From: an uncultured Anaerolineales bacterium
GTDB taxonomy: Bacteria > Chloroflexota > Anaerolineae > UBA7937 > B3-Chlor
Assembly: GCA_964577995.1 (NCBI GenBank)
Contig: CAZOBP010000004.1
Location: 1-46,678, forward strand
DNA length: 46,678 bases
Direction: 5' to 3'
Position 1 is the first letter of the stretch, and every line of letters starts with the position of its first letter. The notes under the pieces were generated by a model. The model had not been told where the DNA came from, did not search any database, and saw only the letters and a list, made by a program, of their open reading frames with translations. Both the position numbers and the translations under genes were made by a program. Below, in pieces: positions 46,545-46,678 of the stretch.

Positions 46545-46678
46545 ACCACATTGACCTCTTTCTTCAAGACTGGGCTAAATACAACCCCCTATATATACCT
46601 CAACGACGTCGGGCCTGCAAGTACGCGTATTCACTCACGTATAATGTTACCGAAGAGGTATAGTTCACTCAAATGATA

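Noticed and set aside
1-46678. CRISPR arrays, IS elements, integrases, tRNA or rRNA genes
   Set aside because: No regularly spaced direct repeats, transposase or integrase motifs, or tRNA/rRNA signatures were seen.

Overview
A GC-rich bacterial chromosomal window. Gene order and protein types suggest Chloroflexota/Anaerolineae, which is an inference. Left part: an MBL hydrolase and proS, then nusA-ylxR-infB-rbfA-nrnA-truB-ribF (no rimP) running into archease and rtcB. Middle: a DUF3795/HD fusion, era, and a cell-envelope cluster of two CapA + beta-propeller lipoproteins with swapped domain order, an M14 peptidase lipoprotein and an HTH-TM-M1 aminopeptidase. After that come a DNA ligase remnant, a HAD hydrolase, biotin carboxylase and BCCP, mtnN and a metallophosphoesterase. 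Right part: a Sec-containing selD operon, USP, a short-chain ChrA, a MenA-like prenyltransferase with a radical SAM/SPASM gene, and a selenium-metabolism operon (cysteine desulfurase-like, frameshifted yedF, DUF3343, yedE, tusA-like). The window ends with a BTAD regulator, flavin reductase, REC-adenylate cyclase, cysC and a Sat::AlkP fusion. Main observation: the selenium operon holds two short ORFs absent from the ORF track (40054-40218 and 37734-37886, minus strand). Each has a good Shine-Dalgarno, an in-frame UGA-NNN-NNN-UGA pair and SECIS-like hairpins whose distal loop lies 32 nt after the first UGA, the same spacing as in selD. Each also has a downstream terminator-like hairpin with a competing antiterminator strand at the end of the ORF. 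This looks like a selenocysteine-sensing, trp-type ribosome-mediated attenuation system. It was read by eye from the sequence and has not been tested by any computation or search.
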